NCBI GenBank assembly: GCA_963718305.1
Contig: CAVQZG010000009.1
Coordinates: 166,791 to 230,790, forward strand
Reading direction: 5' to 3'
Length of the DNA stretch: 64,000 nt
From: an uncultured Actinomycetes bacterium
GTDB lineage: Bacteria; Actinomycetota; Actinomycetes; Streptosporangiales; Streptosporangiaceae
The notes under the pieces are model-generated. The model was given only the letters and a program-made list of their open reading frames with translations. It searched no databases and was not told the DNA's origin. Shown here in pieces: positions 28,711-38,651 of this stretch. Positions within the stretch are counted from its first letter, which is position 1, and every line of letters starts with the position of its first letter. The translations under genes and the position numbers were made by a program.

Positions 28711-28744
28711 AGCCCGGCCCGGATGTCGTCACCCGGGCCGGGCT
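28711..28744 (-). terminator. terminator-like hairpin after the GH16 gene
   Basis: Perfect 12-bp stem agcccggcccgg (28711-28722) / ccgggccgggct (28733-28744) with a 10-nt loop, 24 nt beyond the stop at 28768. Confidence 0.6.
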
Positions 28745-28767
28745 GCGTGCTGATCACCGATGGCTGG

Positions 28768-30990
28768 TTACAGCACCTGGAATTCCCACAGCGAGTACCC
28801 GTACTGGGTGGCGCGGGCGGTGCCGTACATCCGGATGTAGCGGCCGGTGCCGGTGACGTTGAGGGTCTGGGTGCCGCCGGTGCCCGTGGTGGTGGAGTAG
28901 ATGGTGGTCCAGTTGGTGCCGTCGGCCGAGGTCTGGATCTGGAACGCGGTGGCGTAGGCGGCCTCCCACTGCAGGACGACCTGGCAGATGGCCTGGGATG
29001 AGCCGAGGTCGACCTCCAGCCACTGCGGGTCACTGAAGGCGCTGGACCACCGGGTGCCGGCGTTGCCGTCCACCGCCGACGAGGCCGGGAACGACGCGTT
29101 CTCGGTGGACGACGCGGTCGCGGTCTTGTTCAGGGCCAGGTTGGTGGTCCCGCACGTCCCCCCGCCCCCGCCGCTTCCCGGGCCGTACACGCTGAATTCC
29201 CACAGCGAGTACCCGTACTGGGTGGCCCGGGCGGTGCCGTACATCCGGATGTAGCGGCCGGTCCCGGTGACGTTGAGGGTCTGGGTGCCGCCGGTCCCGC
29301 TGGTGGTGGAGTAGATGGTGGTCCAGTTCGTGCCGTCGGCCGAGGTCTGGATCTGGAACGCCGTCGCGTACGCGGTTTCCCAGTTCAGCGTGACCTGGCA
29401 GATGGCCTGGCTGGAGCCGAGGTCGACTTCGAGCCACTGCGGGTCGGAGAACGCGCTGGACCACCGGGTGCCGGTGTTGCCGTCCACCGCATCGGCCGCC
29501 GGGGTGCCGGCGTTCTCGGTGGACGACGCGGTCGCGGTCTTGTTCAGGGCCAGGTTGGTGGGGCCGCAGCTTCCGCCACCGCCGCCACCGCCGCTCCCGG
29601 TGGGCAGGGTCCATTTCTGCTGGGCGGAGTCCGTGCAGGTCTCGATGTCCAGCCGGGCCCCGGTATTGCCGCCGGGATCGGTGAGGCACAGCCCGGAGCT
29701 CGGGTTGACCAGCTCACCGTTGGCCTGATGGGTCCAGGTCTGGGCGGCGGTTCCGTTGCAGGGATACCAGTCCACGTTGGTGCCGCTGGTGGTGCCCGCG
29801 CTGACCACGTCCAGGCAGCCGCCCTGGGTCCGCAGCGTCCCGTCCGAGTACGGCGACCACTGCTGGCCCGCGCTGCCGTTGCAGCCGGTCACGCCGATCG
29901 GGTTGCCCGACGTGTTGAGCGAGTTCTGGTTGGCCAGGCACAGCGCGTTGAGCCCGGTGACCGTCCCCGTCGCGCTGGCGGTCGAGGTGGGGGTGGAGTT
30001 GCCGCCCTGCTCGTATACGGCCACGTAGCCCACGCTCATCGAGGCGCCGGACGTGGTGGCCGAGGTCGGGGTGGTGGTGCCGGAGACCCCGTCCGGGTAG
30101 TTGCCGCCCATGGCCAGGTCAAAGATGATGAAGAACCCGTGATCGACGGCGGCCTGCCAGGCGGCGGTGCCGACCGAGGCCTCGGTGATCGTGCTCTCGA
30201 CCACGCCGTCCATCAGGAACTGCATGGTCTCCGCGCTGGTGTTGGTCCGGTCCACGATCACCGTGTAGGTGTGGTAGCCGGTCTGGCAGCCGGAGCCCGC
30301 GCCCGGGCAGGCGATCAGCGGGTGGCCCGGGCTGTTCGCCGAGTTGTGGAAGGTCTGGGAGGCCTCGTTCAGCCCGTTGACGTCTTCCATCATGTCGATC
30401 TCGCCGGACTGCGGCCAGCCGCCGCCGGTCCGCATCGGGGAGCCCAGGGCCCAGAACGCCGGCCAGTAGCCGAGGCCGTTGGCCGGGTTGGGCTGCTCGA
30501 TCGAGGCGGTCATCTCGAGTTTGCCGCCCGCCGGGGCCTGGAAGTCGTCGCGCGTGCTTTCGATCCGCCCGGAGGTCCAGGTGCCGCCGTTGTTGATGGC
30601 CTTCAGGACCAGGTGGCCGCTGCCGTCCAGGTAGACGTTATTGGTGGAGTTGGTGGTCTGCTCTTTCTCCCCGGTCCCGTAGCCGGTGCCAATGTCGTAG
30701 AACCAATTCGCCGAGGACGGGGCAGACCCCGCCGCGCCCGCGAAGTTGTCGCCGAACACCGTGGTCCAGCCGGACGGCGGCGGCGGCACGGTGTCGGCGC
30801 GGGCGGCCGGCGCCCGGACCAGCCCGGTGCCCACGACGCCGGCCAGACCGCTGGCCAGCAGGGCTAACGCCGTGAGGACCGCGCGCGGCCGGGCCAGCCT
30901 CAGCCGTGGCCAGGTGCGCCGGGGACGCCATCTTGCGGCGGCGTTCATCGGGTGATTCATCTGCCCTACCTCCAGCCTGCGCCCCGTCAT
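28768..30990 (-). CDS. secreted GH16 beta-glucanase with ricin-B (CBM13) and two F5/8 type C (CBM32) domains
   Basis: Signal ..AVLTALALLASGLAGVVGTGLVRAPAARA. GH16 catalytic EIDMME (..GEIDMMED..), ricin QxW repeats (GQQWS, AQTWTH, QQKWTL) and two C-terminal ..DGN.GTRWSSAFSDPQWLEVDLG.. discoidin modules separated by poly-Gly linkers. Confidence 0.9.
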   Translation of the reverse strand: MTGRRLEVGQMNHPMNAAARWRPRRTWPRLRLARPRAVLTALALLASGLAGVVGTGLVRAPAARADTVPPPPSGWTTVFGDNFAGAAGSAPSSANWFYDIGTGYGTGEKEQTTNSTNNVYLDGSGHLVLKAINNGGTWTSGRIESTRDDFQAPAGGKLEMTASIEQPNPANGLGYWPAFWALGSPMRTGGGWPQSGEIDMMEDVNGLNEASQTFHNSANSPGHPLIACPGAGSGCQTGYHTYTVIVDRTNTSAETMQFLMDGVVESTITEASVGTAAWQAAVDHGFFIIFDLAMGGNYPDGVSGTTTPTSATTSGASMSVGYVAVYEQGGNSTPTSTASATGTVTGLNALCLANQNSLNTSGNPIGVTGCNGSAGQQWSPYSDGTLRTQGGCLDVVSAGTTSGTNVDWYPCNGTAAQTWTHQANGELVNPSSGLCLTDPGGNTGARLDIETCTDSAQQKWTLPTGSGGGGGGGSCGPTNLALNKTATASSTENAGTPAADAVDGNTGTRWSSAFSDPQWLEVDLGSSQAICQVTLNWETAYATAFQIQTSADGTNWTTIYSTTSGTGGTQTLNVTGTGRYIRMYGTARATQYGYSLWEFSVYGPGSGGGGGTCGTTNLALNKTATASSTENASFPASSAVDGNAGTRWSSAFSDPQWLEVDLGSSQAICQVVLQWEAAYATAFQIQTSADGTNWTTIYSTTTGTGGTQTLNVTGTGRYIRMYGTARATQYGYSLWEFQVL
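28771..29571 (-). repeat. tandem duplication of the CBM32 module (two 387-nt copies, period 414 nt)
   Basis: Copies at 28771-29157 and 29185-29571 share long identical DNA runs (e.g. cacagcgagtacccgtactgggtggc..gtgccgtacatccggatgtagcggccggt). By eye the encoded modules are about nine-tenths identical. Confidence 0.9.
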
Positions 30991-31194
30991 TGGGGTAGCC
31001 GGACCATCACCCGTGCCGGGGCGGGGGAGCAGCGGGTGATGGTGGTCGTTGCGGAGAATTTTGCCCTTAATTCAAGCCTTTTATGAAGGTGTAACGCTAG
31101 GCGCGCGGCCCGTCAAGTAAGACCTGCCGGGCCAGCGCGGTCAGGCCGTCGGCCCCCGGGGAATCCCGGCAGGCCGCGACCGCTTGATACAGCC

Positions 31195-32232
31195 ATGAAG
31201 AGGATCGGTTTCCTGTCGTTCGGTCACTGGCGGGCCGCTCCGGGATCGCAGACCCGGACCGCCTCCGACGCGCTGCTGCAGACAATCGAACTGGCCCAGG
31301 CGGCCGAGGACCTCGGGATCGACGGGGCATTCGTCCGCGTGCACCACTTCGAGCGGCAGCTGGCCTCCCCGTTCCCGCTGCTGGCCGCGATCGGGGCGCG
31401 GACCAGCCGGATCGAGATCGGGACCGCGGTCATCGACATGCGGTACGAGAACCCGCTGTACCTGGCCGAGGAGGCGGCGGCGGCCGACCTGATCAGCGGC
31501 GGGCGCCTGCAGCTCGGCGTCAGCCGGGGATCGCCGGAAACCGTGCTGCGCGGCGCCGAGTCGTTCGGCTACCGGCCCGCGGACGGGGAGAGTGACGCGG
31601 ACGCCGCCCGGCGCAAGACCGAGATCTTCCTGGCCGCGATCGGCGGCGCGGTGGTCGCGCGGACCGACCCGGCCCGGACCGGGGTCAGCGGCGGCCTGGC
31701 CATCCAGCCCCAGTCGCCGGGCCTGGCCGACCGGATCTGGTGGGGCTCCGGGACCCGCGCCACGGCCCAGTGGGCTGCTCAGGCCGGGATGAACCTGCAG
31801 AGTTCCACGCTGCTGTCCGAAGACACGGGCGTCCCGTTCGACCAGCTCCAGGCGGAGCAGATCCGGCTGTACCGCGAGGCGTGGGCGGAGCGCGGCGGGA
31901 CGCGGGAGCCACGTGTCTCCGTGTCGCGCAGCGTGCTGCCGATCACCGAGGACATCGACCGGATGTACTTCGGCGACCAGGAGCACGAGGACCAGATCGG
32001 GCTGCTGGAAGGCGTCCGGTCCCGCTTCGGCCGGACCTACGTCGGGGAGCCGGACGCCGTCGCCGCCGAGCTGGCCGCGGACGAGGCCGTGCGCGAGGCC
32101 GACACGGTGCTGTTCACCGTGCCGAACCAGCTCGGCGTGGCCTACAACGCGCGCATCCTGGCCACGATTGCCGGGCATATCGCGCCGGCCATCGGCTGGA
32201 CCCCGGGCGTTGTGGCGGGACGGCTGACGTAG
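31195..32232 (+). CDS. LLM-class flavin-dependent oxidoreductase
   Basis: 345 aa; MKRIGFLSFGHW..LGIDGAFVRVHHFE..GRLQLGVSRGSPE luciferase-like pattern. Confidence 0.85.
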   Translation: MKRIGFLSFGHWRAAPGSQTRTASDALLQTIELAQAAEDLGIDGAFVRVHHFERQLASPFPLLAAIGARTSRIEIGTAVIDMRYENPLYLAEEAAAADLISGGRLQLGVSRGSPETVLRGAESFGYRPADGESDADAARRKTEIFLAAIGGAVVARTDPARTGVSGGLAIQPQSPGLADRIWWGSGTRATAQWAAQAGMNLQSSTLLSEDTGVPFDQLQAEQIRLYREAWAERGGTREPRVSVSRSVLPITEDIDRMYFGDQEHEDQIGLLEGVRSRFGRTYVGEPDAVAAELAADEAVREADTVLFTVPNQLGVAYNARILATIAGHIAPAIGWTPGVVAGRLT

Positions 32233-32283
32233 ACTCCCCTGTCGTTGTGGCTAACGCATCACGTTCCGTATGGAGACACGACC

Positions 32284-32655
32284 ATGAGCACTGAAAAGCC
32301 TGAGATCGATTTCCCCGGCGGCGAGCCGCCGAAGAAGCTGGAGATCACCGACGTCTGGGAAGGCGACGGCGCCGTCGCGAAGGCGGGCGACACGGTCGCG
32401 GTGCACTATGTGGGCGTCGCGTACTCCACCGGTGAGGAGTTCGACGCCAGCTGGAACCGCGGCGAGCCGCTGCAGTTCCGGCTCGGCGTGGGGCAGGTCA
32501 TCGCCGGCTGGGACCAGGGCGTGCAGGGCATGAAGGTCGGCGGCCGCCGGCAGCTGATCATCCCGCCGGACCTGGCCTATGGCGACCGCGGGGCCGCCGG
32601 CGCGATCGCCCCGGGCGAGACCCTGATCTTCGTCTGCGACCTGGTCTCTACCTGA
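32284..32655 (+). CDS. FKBP-type peptidyl-prolyl cis-trans isomerase
   Basis: ATG 32284 (MSTEKPEIDF..) and ..VHYVGVAYSTGEEFDASWNRGEPLQFRLGVGQVIAGWDQGVQGMKVGGRRQLIIPPDLAYG... Confidence 0.92.
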   Translation: MSTEKPEIDFPGGEPPKKLEITDVWEGDGAVAKAGDTVAVHYVGVAYSTGEEFDASWNRGEPLQFRLGVGQVIAGWDQGVQGMKVGGRRQLIIPPDLAYGDRGAAGAIAPGETLIFVCDLVST

Positions 32656-32677
32656 TCCCGGGCCAGGGCGGCCCGCC

Positions 32678-33418
32678 CTAGCGGGCTGACAGGACGCAGA
32701 ACTCGTTGCCTTCGGGATCGGCCAGGACCGTCCAGGACACGTCGTCACCCTGGCCGACGTCCGCGAGGGCCGCGCCCGCGGCGCGCAGCCGCGCTACCTC
32801 GGCGGCGGGATCCTCGCCGCGGTAGGGCGCCACGTCCGGGTGGATCCGGTTCTTGACCGTCTTGCCGCCGGGCACCCGCAGGAACTCCAGGTACGGCCCC
32901 ACGCCCGCGGGAGAGCGGAGCCCGACGAGCTGATCCTCGGTGTGGGTGACCGGCCAGCCCGCCGCCCCGGCCCAGAACCGGGCCAGCGCCGCGGGATCGG
33001 CGCAGTCGGTGAGGATCGCCGCGACCGGGCCCGTGTCGCGGTAGACGTCCCGGGGCTCCAGCACGCAGAACTCGTTCCCCTCCGGGTCCGCCATGACCAC
33101 CCACGGCACCTCACCCTGGCCGATGTCCACCGGCCCGCCGCCCAGGTCCCGGGCCCGGCTGACCAGCTCGGCCTGATCCGCGGCTGACGTGCTGGCCAGG
33201 TCCAGGTGCACCCGGTTCTTGCCGGTCTTGGACTCAGGGACCGGGACGAAGACGATCGGCACGGCGACCGGATCGGGATAGGTGTAGCCGGCCGGCCACA
33301 CGTCTATCTCCTCCGGTGTCTCGTCGGCGATCTCCCAGCCCAGCAGGGCCGACCAGAACCGGGCCAGCCGGCCGGGATCGCGGGCGTCGGCTACCAGGTG
33401 GACCAGTCGCGTCGGCAT
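32678..33418 (-). CDS. VOC (glyoxalase/bleomycin-resistance fold) protein, two tandem domains
   Basis: ATG 33418 ([28 protein letters not shown]..). A second repeat ..[19 protein letters not shown].. is present, and both end in ..[10 protein letters not shown]... Confidence 0.8.
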   Translation of the reverse strand: MPTRLVHLVADARDPGRLARFWSALLGWEIADETPEEIDVWPAGYTYPDPVAVPIVFVPVPESKTGKNRVHLDLASTSAADQAELVSRARDLGGGPVDIGQGEVPWVVMADPEGNEFCVLEPRDVYRDTGPVAAILTDCADPAALARFWAGAAGWPVTHTEDQLVGLRSPAGVGPYLEFLRVPGGKTVKNRIHPDVAPYRGEDPAAEVARLRAAGAALADVGQGDDVSWTVLADPEGNEFCVLSAR

Positions 33419-33590
33419 GCAGTCCAGCCTTCCAGCAAAGCGCGGGCGATGTCCACGCGCCCGGCCGGGACGCCGCCGCAGCCGCCGCCGGCGGACCCCG
33501 CCACCCGGGAACACCCAGGCCCGCGGGGGTGCTGTTAATGGTGGACCACCCTCGCCACCAACGAGGACCCGGTCCGGCAAAGGAGCTGAC

Positions 33591-34091
33591 ATGCCTGAGA
33601 ATTACCGCAAGGACCCGGAGGCCGTCTCGCGGCTGACCAAGGACCAGTACCGGGTCACCCAGAAGAACGCCACCGAGCCGGCGTTCCGCAACGAGTTCTG
33701 GGACAACAAGGAGCCCGGCATCTACGTGGACATCGTGTCCGGTGAGCCGCTGTTCGCCTCGGTGAACAAGTACGACAGCCAGTCCGGCTGGCCGAGCTTC
33801 ACGGTGCCGATCGAGCCGCGCAACGTCGTCGAGAAGAGGGACATCGGCCTGGGCATGATCCGGACCGAGGTCCGGTCCGCCCACGGGGACAGCCACCTCG
33901 GCCACGTGTTCCCCGACGGGCCCGCCGACCAGGGCGGGCTGCGGTACTGCATCAACTCCGCGGCCCTGCGCTTCATCCCGCTCGATGACCTGGAGCGCGA
34001 AGGTTACGGGGAGTACCGCACGCTGTTCGAGCAGACCGGCGACGGGCAGACCCACGAGACCGAGCAGACCGACCAGACGAGGAGTGCATGA
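33591..34091 (+). CDS. msrB: peptide-methionine (R)-S-oxide reductase
   Basis: RBS aaggag at 33580-33585 and ATG 33591. Motifs ..GWPSF.., ..HLGHVF.., ..RYCINSAAL... Confidence 0.93.
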   Translation: MPENYRKDPEAVSRLTKDQYRVTQKNATEPAFRNEFWDNKEPGIYVDIVSGEPLFASVNKYDSQSGWPSFTVPIEPRNVVEKRDIGLGMIRTEVRSAHGDSHLGHVFPDGPADQGGLRYCINSAALRFIPLDDLEREGYGEYRTLFEQTGDGQTHETEQTDQTRSA

Positions 34092-34615
34092 CGATGACGG
34101 GCCACACCGAGAAGGCCATCCTGGCCGGCGGCTGCTTCTGGGGCGTACAGGACCTCATCCGCAAGCGCCCCGGCGTGATCTCCACCCGCGTCGGCTACAC
34201 CGGCGGCGACGTGCCCAACGCGACGTACCGGAACCACGGCACGCACGCGGAGGCCATCGAGATCACCTTCGACCCCGACCAGATCTCCTACCGGGACCTG
34301 CTGGAGTTCTTCTTCCAGATCCACGACCCGAGCACGCGTAACCGGCAGGGCAACGACATCGGGGCCAGCTACCGCTCGGCCATCTTCTACACCAGCGACG
34401 AGCAGAAGCGGGTCGCCGAGGACACCATCGCCGACGTGGACGCCTCCGGCCTGTGGCCGGGCAAGGTGGTCACCGAGGTCGAGCCCGCCGGCCCGTTCTG
34501 GGAGGCCGAGCCCGAGCACCAGGACTACCTGGAGAAGTACCCCAACGGCTACACCTGCCACTTCGTGCGGCCAGGCTGGAAGCTGCCGCACCGCGCGGAC
34601 ACCGTGACCCAGTAA
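34088..34615 (+). CDS. msrA: peptide-methionine (S)-S-oxide reductase
   Basis: ATGA overlap with msrB. Active site GGCFWG and ..GYTGG..NATY... Confidence 0.93.
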   Translation: MTMTGHTEKAILAGGCFWGVQDLIRKRPGVISTRVGYTGGDVPNATYRNHGTHAEAIEITFDPDQISYRDLLEFFFQIHDPSTRNRQGNDIGASYRSAIFYTSDEQKRVAEDTIADVDASGLWPGKVVTEVEPAGPFWEAEPEHQDYLEKYPNGYTCHFVRPGWKLPHRADTVTQ

Positions 34616-34649
34616 CTGAACACCGTTACCTGCTTACGGTCAGGCGCGC

Positions 34650-34690
34650 AGGCCCGCCGGGACGGCACGAGCCGTTCCTGGCGGGCCTTT
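34650..34690. terminator. hairpin between convergent msrA and GNAT genes
   Basis: aggcccgcc (34650-34658) pairs with ggcgggcct (34680-34688), with partial extension, followed by tt. Confidence 0.45.
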
Positions 34691-34697
34691 CCGCGTC

Positions 34698-35276
34698 TTA
34701 GGCCGGGCGCCCAAGCGGCAGCGTCATGACGAGCACGTCGGCCACGGGTGAGCCGGGAGCGGGATCACGCGTCCGCGCGACCTTGCGCCAGCCCCAGGCC
34801 CGGAACGCGTGCTGCGCCGGGGCTGCGGACGGCGGCACGGTGAGCGTCGCCCGCTCCTCGGGCCGGGACGCCAGGATCAGGCCGTGCAGGGCGGCGCCGA
34901 TGCCCTGGCGCCGCCATGACGCGCGGACCAGCAGGTCGACCACGGCGAAGGTGCGGCCCGGATGCTCGGCCGTCACCTCATCCGGCAGCGGGGTGGTCAG
35001 GTGCCGCCACCAGGAGGTGGACGGCCGGAGCGGGAACCCGGCCGCGTAACCGACCAGGTAACCGCCGTGGCGGGCCTCAGCCAGGACATAGCCCGGCTGG
35101 CGGCGCTGAACCCGGAAGCGTTTCGCGAACCCTGCGGCCTCGCCGTCCCGGCCGCCCGGGCCGGCGAACACGTCGGCGTACAGGGCCTGCAGTTCGTCCG
35201 CGTGCGCGCTGGCTGCGGTCCCGTCGAGCACCTCGAAGGTAATGTCGGGCGTGGCCTGGTCAGCCGCATCGCTCAT
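34698..35276 (-). CDS. GNAT-family N-acetyltransferase
   Basis: ATG 35276 overlaps the LysR stop (ATGA). Acetyl-CoA motif A ..WRRQGIGAALHG... Confidence 0.8.
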   Translation of the reverse strand: MSDAADQATPDITFEVLDGTAASAHADELQALYADVFAGPGGRDGEAAGFAKRFRVQRRQPGYVLAEARHGGYLVGYAAGFPLRPSTSWWRHLTTPLPDEVTAEHPGRTFAVVDLLVRASWRRQGIGAALHGLILASRPEERATLTVPPSAAPAQHAFRAWGWRKVARTRDPAPGSPVADVLVMTLPLGRPA

Positions 35277-36139
35277 CCCGGCTTGTCCCCCGAAGAGGCG
35301 GCCGCGATCGCCGCCTCCGCGAACTGGCGCATCAGCGATTCGCGTACCCGGGGCAGGAAGGCCAGCCACACCGGGCTGGACGGGGCGTTCACCAGCGGGA
35401 CGAAGCGCACCGCCGAGTGGATGTTCCGGCGCATCGCGACGTCAGGGACCACGCCGATGCCCCGGTCGGCGGCCACCGACTCCAGCCACTCGTCGAAGTT
35501 CCCCGTTTCGACGATGCGGGCGGGCCGCTGGCCCGGTGGCCAGGACCACGGGCCGGTCGTGCCGCTCACGGTGTTGACCACCAGCGGCCAGGCGGGTACC
35601 TCGGCCCAGTCCAGGCGCTCATAGGACGCGAGCCTGGAGTGCTGCGAGCACATGGCCACCCGCACCTCGTCGAACAGGTGCACCCGGCGCACCGGAGAGC
35701 CGTCCGGGATGGTGCCGCGGATCACCGCCACGTCGATCGACGCCTGCTCGACCGCGGCCAGCGGATCATCCGAGCGGACCAGCGACACCGTGGCGCCCGT
35801 CGCCTGCTCGAACTGGCCGACCGCCTGCTGCGCCCACGGGTCGGGAAGCAGCCAGCTGAAGCCGAGCCGGATCGTGACGTGGGTGCGGACCGACGCGAGC
35901 GCGACCTCCAGATCCGCGAGTACCCGTTCCGCGTGAGCGCAGAATTCGCGCCCCGCCGCCGTCAGTTCGACATGCCGGGAGGTGCGTTCCAGCAGGGTCA
36001 CCTGCAGGGCGGCCTCGAGCTGCTGGATCGTGCGGGTCAGGGCCGGCTGCGTGATCAGCAGGTGCCCGGACGCGCGGGTGAACGAGCGTGACCGGGCCAC
36101 CGCGACGAAAGCTCGCAGGTGCCGCAACTCGACATCCAT
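35273..36139 (-). CDS. LysR-family transcriptional regulator
   Basis: ATG 36139 and MDVELRHLRAFVAVARSRSFTRASGHLLITQPALTRTIQQLE wHTH. Divergent from the MFS gene. Confidence 0.9.
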   Translation of the reverse strand: MDVELRHLRAFVAVARSRSFTRASGHLLITQPALTRTIQQLEAALQVTLLERTSRHVELTAAGREFCAHAERVLADLEVALASVRTHVTIRLGFSWLLPDPWAQQAVGQFEQATGATVSLVRSDDPLAAVEQASIDVAVIRGTIPDGSPVRRVHLFDEVRVAMCSQHSRLASYERLDWAEVPAWPLVVNTVSGTTGPWSWPPGQRPARIVETGNFDEWLESVAADRGIGVVPDVAMRRNIHSAVRFVPLVNAPSSPVWLAFLPRVRESLMRQFAEAAIAAASSGDKPG

Positions 36140-36249
36140 GCCTGCTGAGCATAGACGCAGCGAGAAAGGCATTGGAGCTCGCCTGGCCGCCCTTCTAGCG
36201 TCGTAGTCACCGGCACACGAGTCACCGCCCGCCGCGAAGGACGGTCACC

Positions 36250-37430
36250 ATGACGGCAGCCCCGGGCCAGACCATGGGCACCACCCGGGTCAGCGCCCGG
36301 GCCCCCTGGATGCTGGTGCTGCAGGCGGCCGCGGCGCTGGCCGCCAGCATGGGCATCGGGCGGTTCGCGTACACGCCGATCCTCCCGCTCATGCACACCC
36401 AGGCCGGGCTCTCGGCCCAGTACGGATCGGCGCTGGCCACGGCCAACTACGCCGGTTACCTGGCCGGCGCGCTGCTCGGTATCGTGATGCCCGCGGTCAC
36501 CCGGTCGGTGCTGGCCCTGCGGGCGGGCCTGGTCCTGGTGGTCGTCACCCTCGCGCTGATGGGAGCCACCGAGAACCACGCCGCCTGGCTGGGGCTGCGG
36601 CTCATCGCCGGGATCGCGAGCGCTCTCGTCTTCATGATCGCGGTGAGCGCGATGCTGACCGGGCTGCGGGGACCCCGGCAGCACCTGGCCGGCTGGGGGT
36701 TCGGCGGCGTCGGGCCGGCATCGCCCTGTCCGGCCTCGTGGTCCTGGCCGCGGGGACGTGGCGCACGGCCTGGCTGGCCTCGGCGGGCTGCGCCCTCGTC
36801 CTCACGGTCGCCGCCTGGCCGCTGCGTCCCGGGCCGCGCCCGTCCCGCCCGCTGCCGCCAGGAGCCGGGCCGCAGGCCGCCCGCCGCCCGCTCCGGGCCC
36901 ACCGCTGGTTCGCCGTGCTGCTGGCCAGCTACTCGCTGGAGGGAGTGGGCTACATCATCGCCGGGACCTTCCTGGTCGCCGCGATCAACGAGAACTCGCC
37001 CGCCTGGGCCGGAAGCGGGGCCTGGGTGCTGGCCGGGCTGGCCGCCCTCCCGGCCGCGGCGGGGTGGGCCCAGCTCAGCCGGCGGTGGACGCGGTCCACC
37101 CTGCTGTGCGCGGCGCTGCTCATCCAGGCCGCCGGGATCGCCCTGCCCGCGCTGGTCGGCGGCGTCGCCCCCGCACTGCTGTCCGCGGTCCTGTTCGGCG
37201 CCACCTTCCTCGGCGTGGTGTCCCTGGCGCTGGCCCTGGGGACCCAGCTGCGGTACCCGCGCGCGGTGGCCCTGCTGACCACCGGCTACGGCCTCGGCCA
37301 GATTCTCGGCCCGCTCGTGGTGACGCCGCTGCTGCACCACGGCTACCACCTGGCGCTGCTCGTCGGCGCGGCCATCGCGGCGGCTGCGGCGCTCGCCGCC
37401 GCCGTGCTGCGGATCGGGACGGCCGCCTGA
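36250..37430 (+). pseudogene. YbfB/YjiJ-type MFS transporter, frame-shifted near 36715
   Basis: ORF 36250.. (..GIGRFAYTPILPLM..GWGFGGVG) leaves the credible frame at gtcgggccggca. The continuation GIALSGLVVLAAGTWRTAWLASAG.. runs in frame 0 to the stop at 37430. One missing base in a short G/C run would join them. Confidence 0.7.
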
Positions 37431-37450
37431 GCGCGGCCCGGGTCCGAGGG

Positions 37451-38611
37451 TCAGCCGAAGGCGGCGTCGAACCGGGCGCGCAGGTCGCTGAGCCGCTGGA
37501 CTGGCTCGTTGGCGAACACGAGGCGCAGGTACCGCTCGCCGCTGGGCCCCCATCCGGTCATCGGGGTGGCGGCGACCTCGGACCGGGTGAAGAGGCGTTG
37601 TGACGCTTCCCCGGCGGACAGGCCCAGGGCGGCGCAGTCGATGAGCAGCGACCATCCGCCGTCCGGGCGCAGGCACGGATAGCCCGCCAGCTGATCCAGC
37701 ATGTGGTCGCAGCGCTGCTGCCAGACCTGGGTGGCCGCGGCCACGTCCTGATCCGCGTCCGGGTGGCGCAACGCCGCCGCCACGGCTTGCTGGGCGATAC
37801 CCACCTGGCAGACCACGTTGGTCAGCCCGACCAGGGCGACATCTTTCATGATGTCCCGCGGCCCGGCGACCCAGCCCACCCGCCAGCCGATCATCCGCAG
37901 TTCCTTCGAGGCCGAGCCGACCGTGATGGTGCGGGCGGCCAGTCCCGGGTGGGCGCCGGGATGCGCGGGCCGCTGGTCATGGAAGAGGATCCGTTCCATG
38001 GCCGCATCCCAGATGACCCAGGCGCCATGCCGGTTGACCGGGTCGGCGATGGCCTCGAAATGCTCGCCGGTCAGGACGGCTCCGGTCGGCATGGCGGGGC
38101 TCATCAGCAGCACCGCGGCCGTGTCCGGGCCAATGGCCGCGGCCAGTTCGCCCGGATCGGTCGCCCAGCCGCCCGGGCCGGGAACGCAGCGCACGTGCCG
38201 GGGGATCCCGCCCGCCAGCCGGATGCGGTTCACCAGCCCGGCATAGATCGGATCGCAGATTACGACCTCCTGGCCGGGCTCCACCGTGGCCAGCAGGACG
38301 TTGAGGATGCCGTTGAGTCCGCCCGCCACGCTGACGCATTCCGTGCCCGGATCGTAGTGCCGGCCGGCCATGGCACTGACGTGCTCCGCCGCGGCCTCGC
38401 GCAGCGCGCGGTGCCCCTGGAACGGCAGGTAGCTGTTGGCGTCGTCGGCCTCCACTGCCGCATGGGTGACCTCGCGGGCCACCGCGGGCGGCGGCACGTC
38501 GGTGTCGAGGTTCTCCAGCCGCAGGAAGGCGGGGTTCCCGGTGGCGTCGGCGGCATCGCCGATCTCGTCCACGCCGATTCCGGGGATGTGCCTGAGCCGC
38601 GAAACGGACAC
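37451..38611 (-). CDS. PLP-dependent aminotransferase (class I/II)
   Basis: GTG 38611 preceded by gggagga (VSVSRLRHIPG..). Motifs ..NSYLPFQGH.. and PLP-Lys context GSASKELRMIGWRVGW. Confidence 0.85.
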   Translation of the reverse strand: MSVSRLRHIPGIGVDEIGDAADATGNPAFLRLENLDTDVPPPAVAREVTHAAVEADDANSYLPFQGHRALREAAAEHVSAMAGRHYDPGTECVSVAGGLNGILNVLLATVEPGQEVVICDPIYAGLVNRIRLAGGIPRHVRCVPGPGGWATDPGELAAAIGPDTAAVLLMSPAMPTGAVLTGEHFEAIADPVNRHGAWVIWDAAMERILFHDQRPAHPGAHPGLAARTITVGSASKELRMIGWRVGWVAGPRDIMKDVALVGLTNVVCQVGIAQQAVAAALRHPDADQDVAAATQVWQQRCDHMLDQLAGYPCLRPDGGWSLLIDCAALGLSAGEASQRLFTRSEVAATPMTGWGPSGERYLRLVFANEPVQRLSDLRARFDAAFG

Positions 38612-38651
38612 GGAATTTCCTCCCGGGCAGGTATACCGGCGCGGGAACCGG

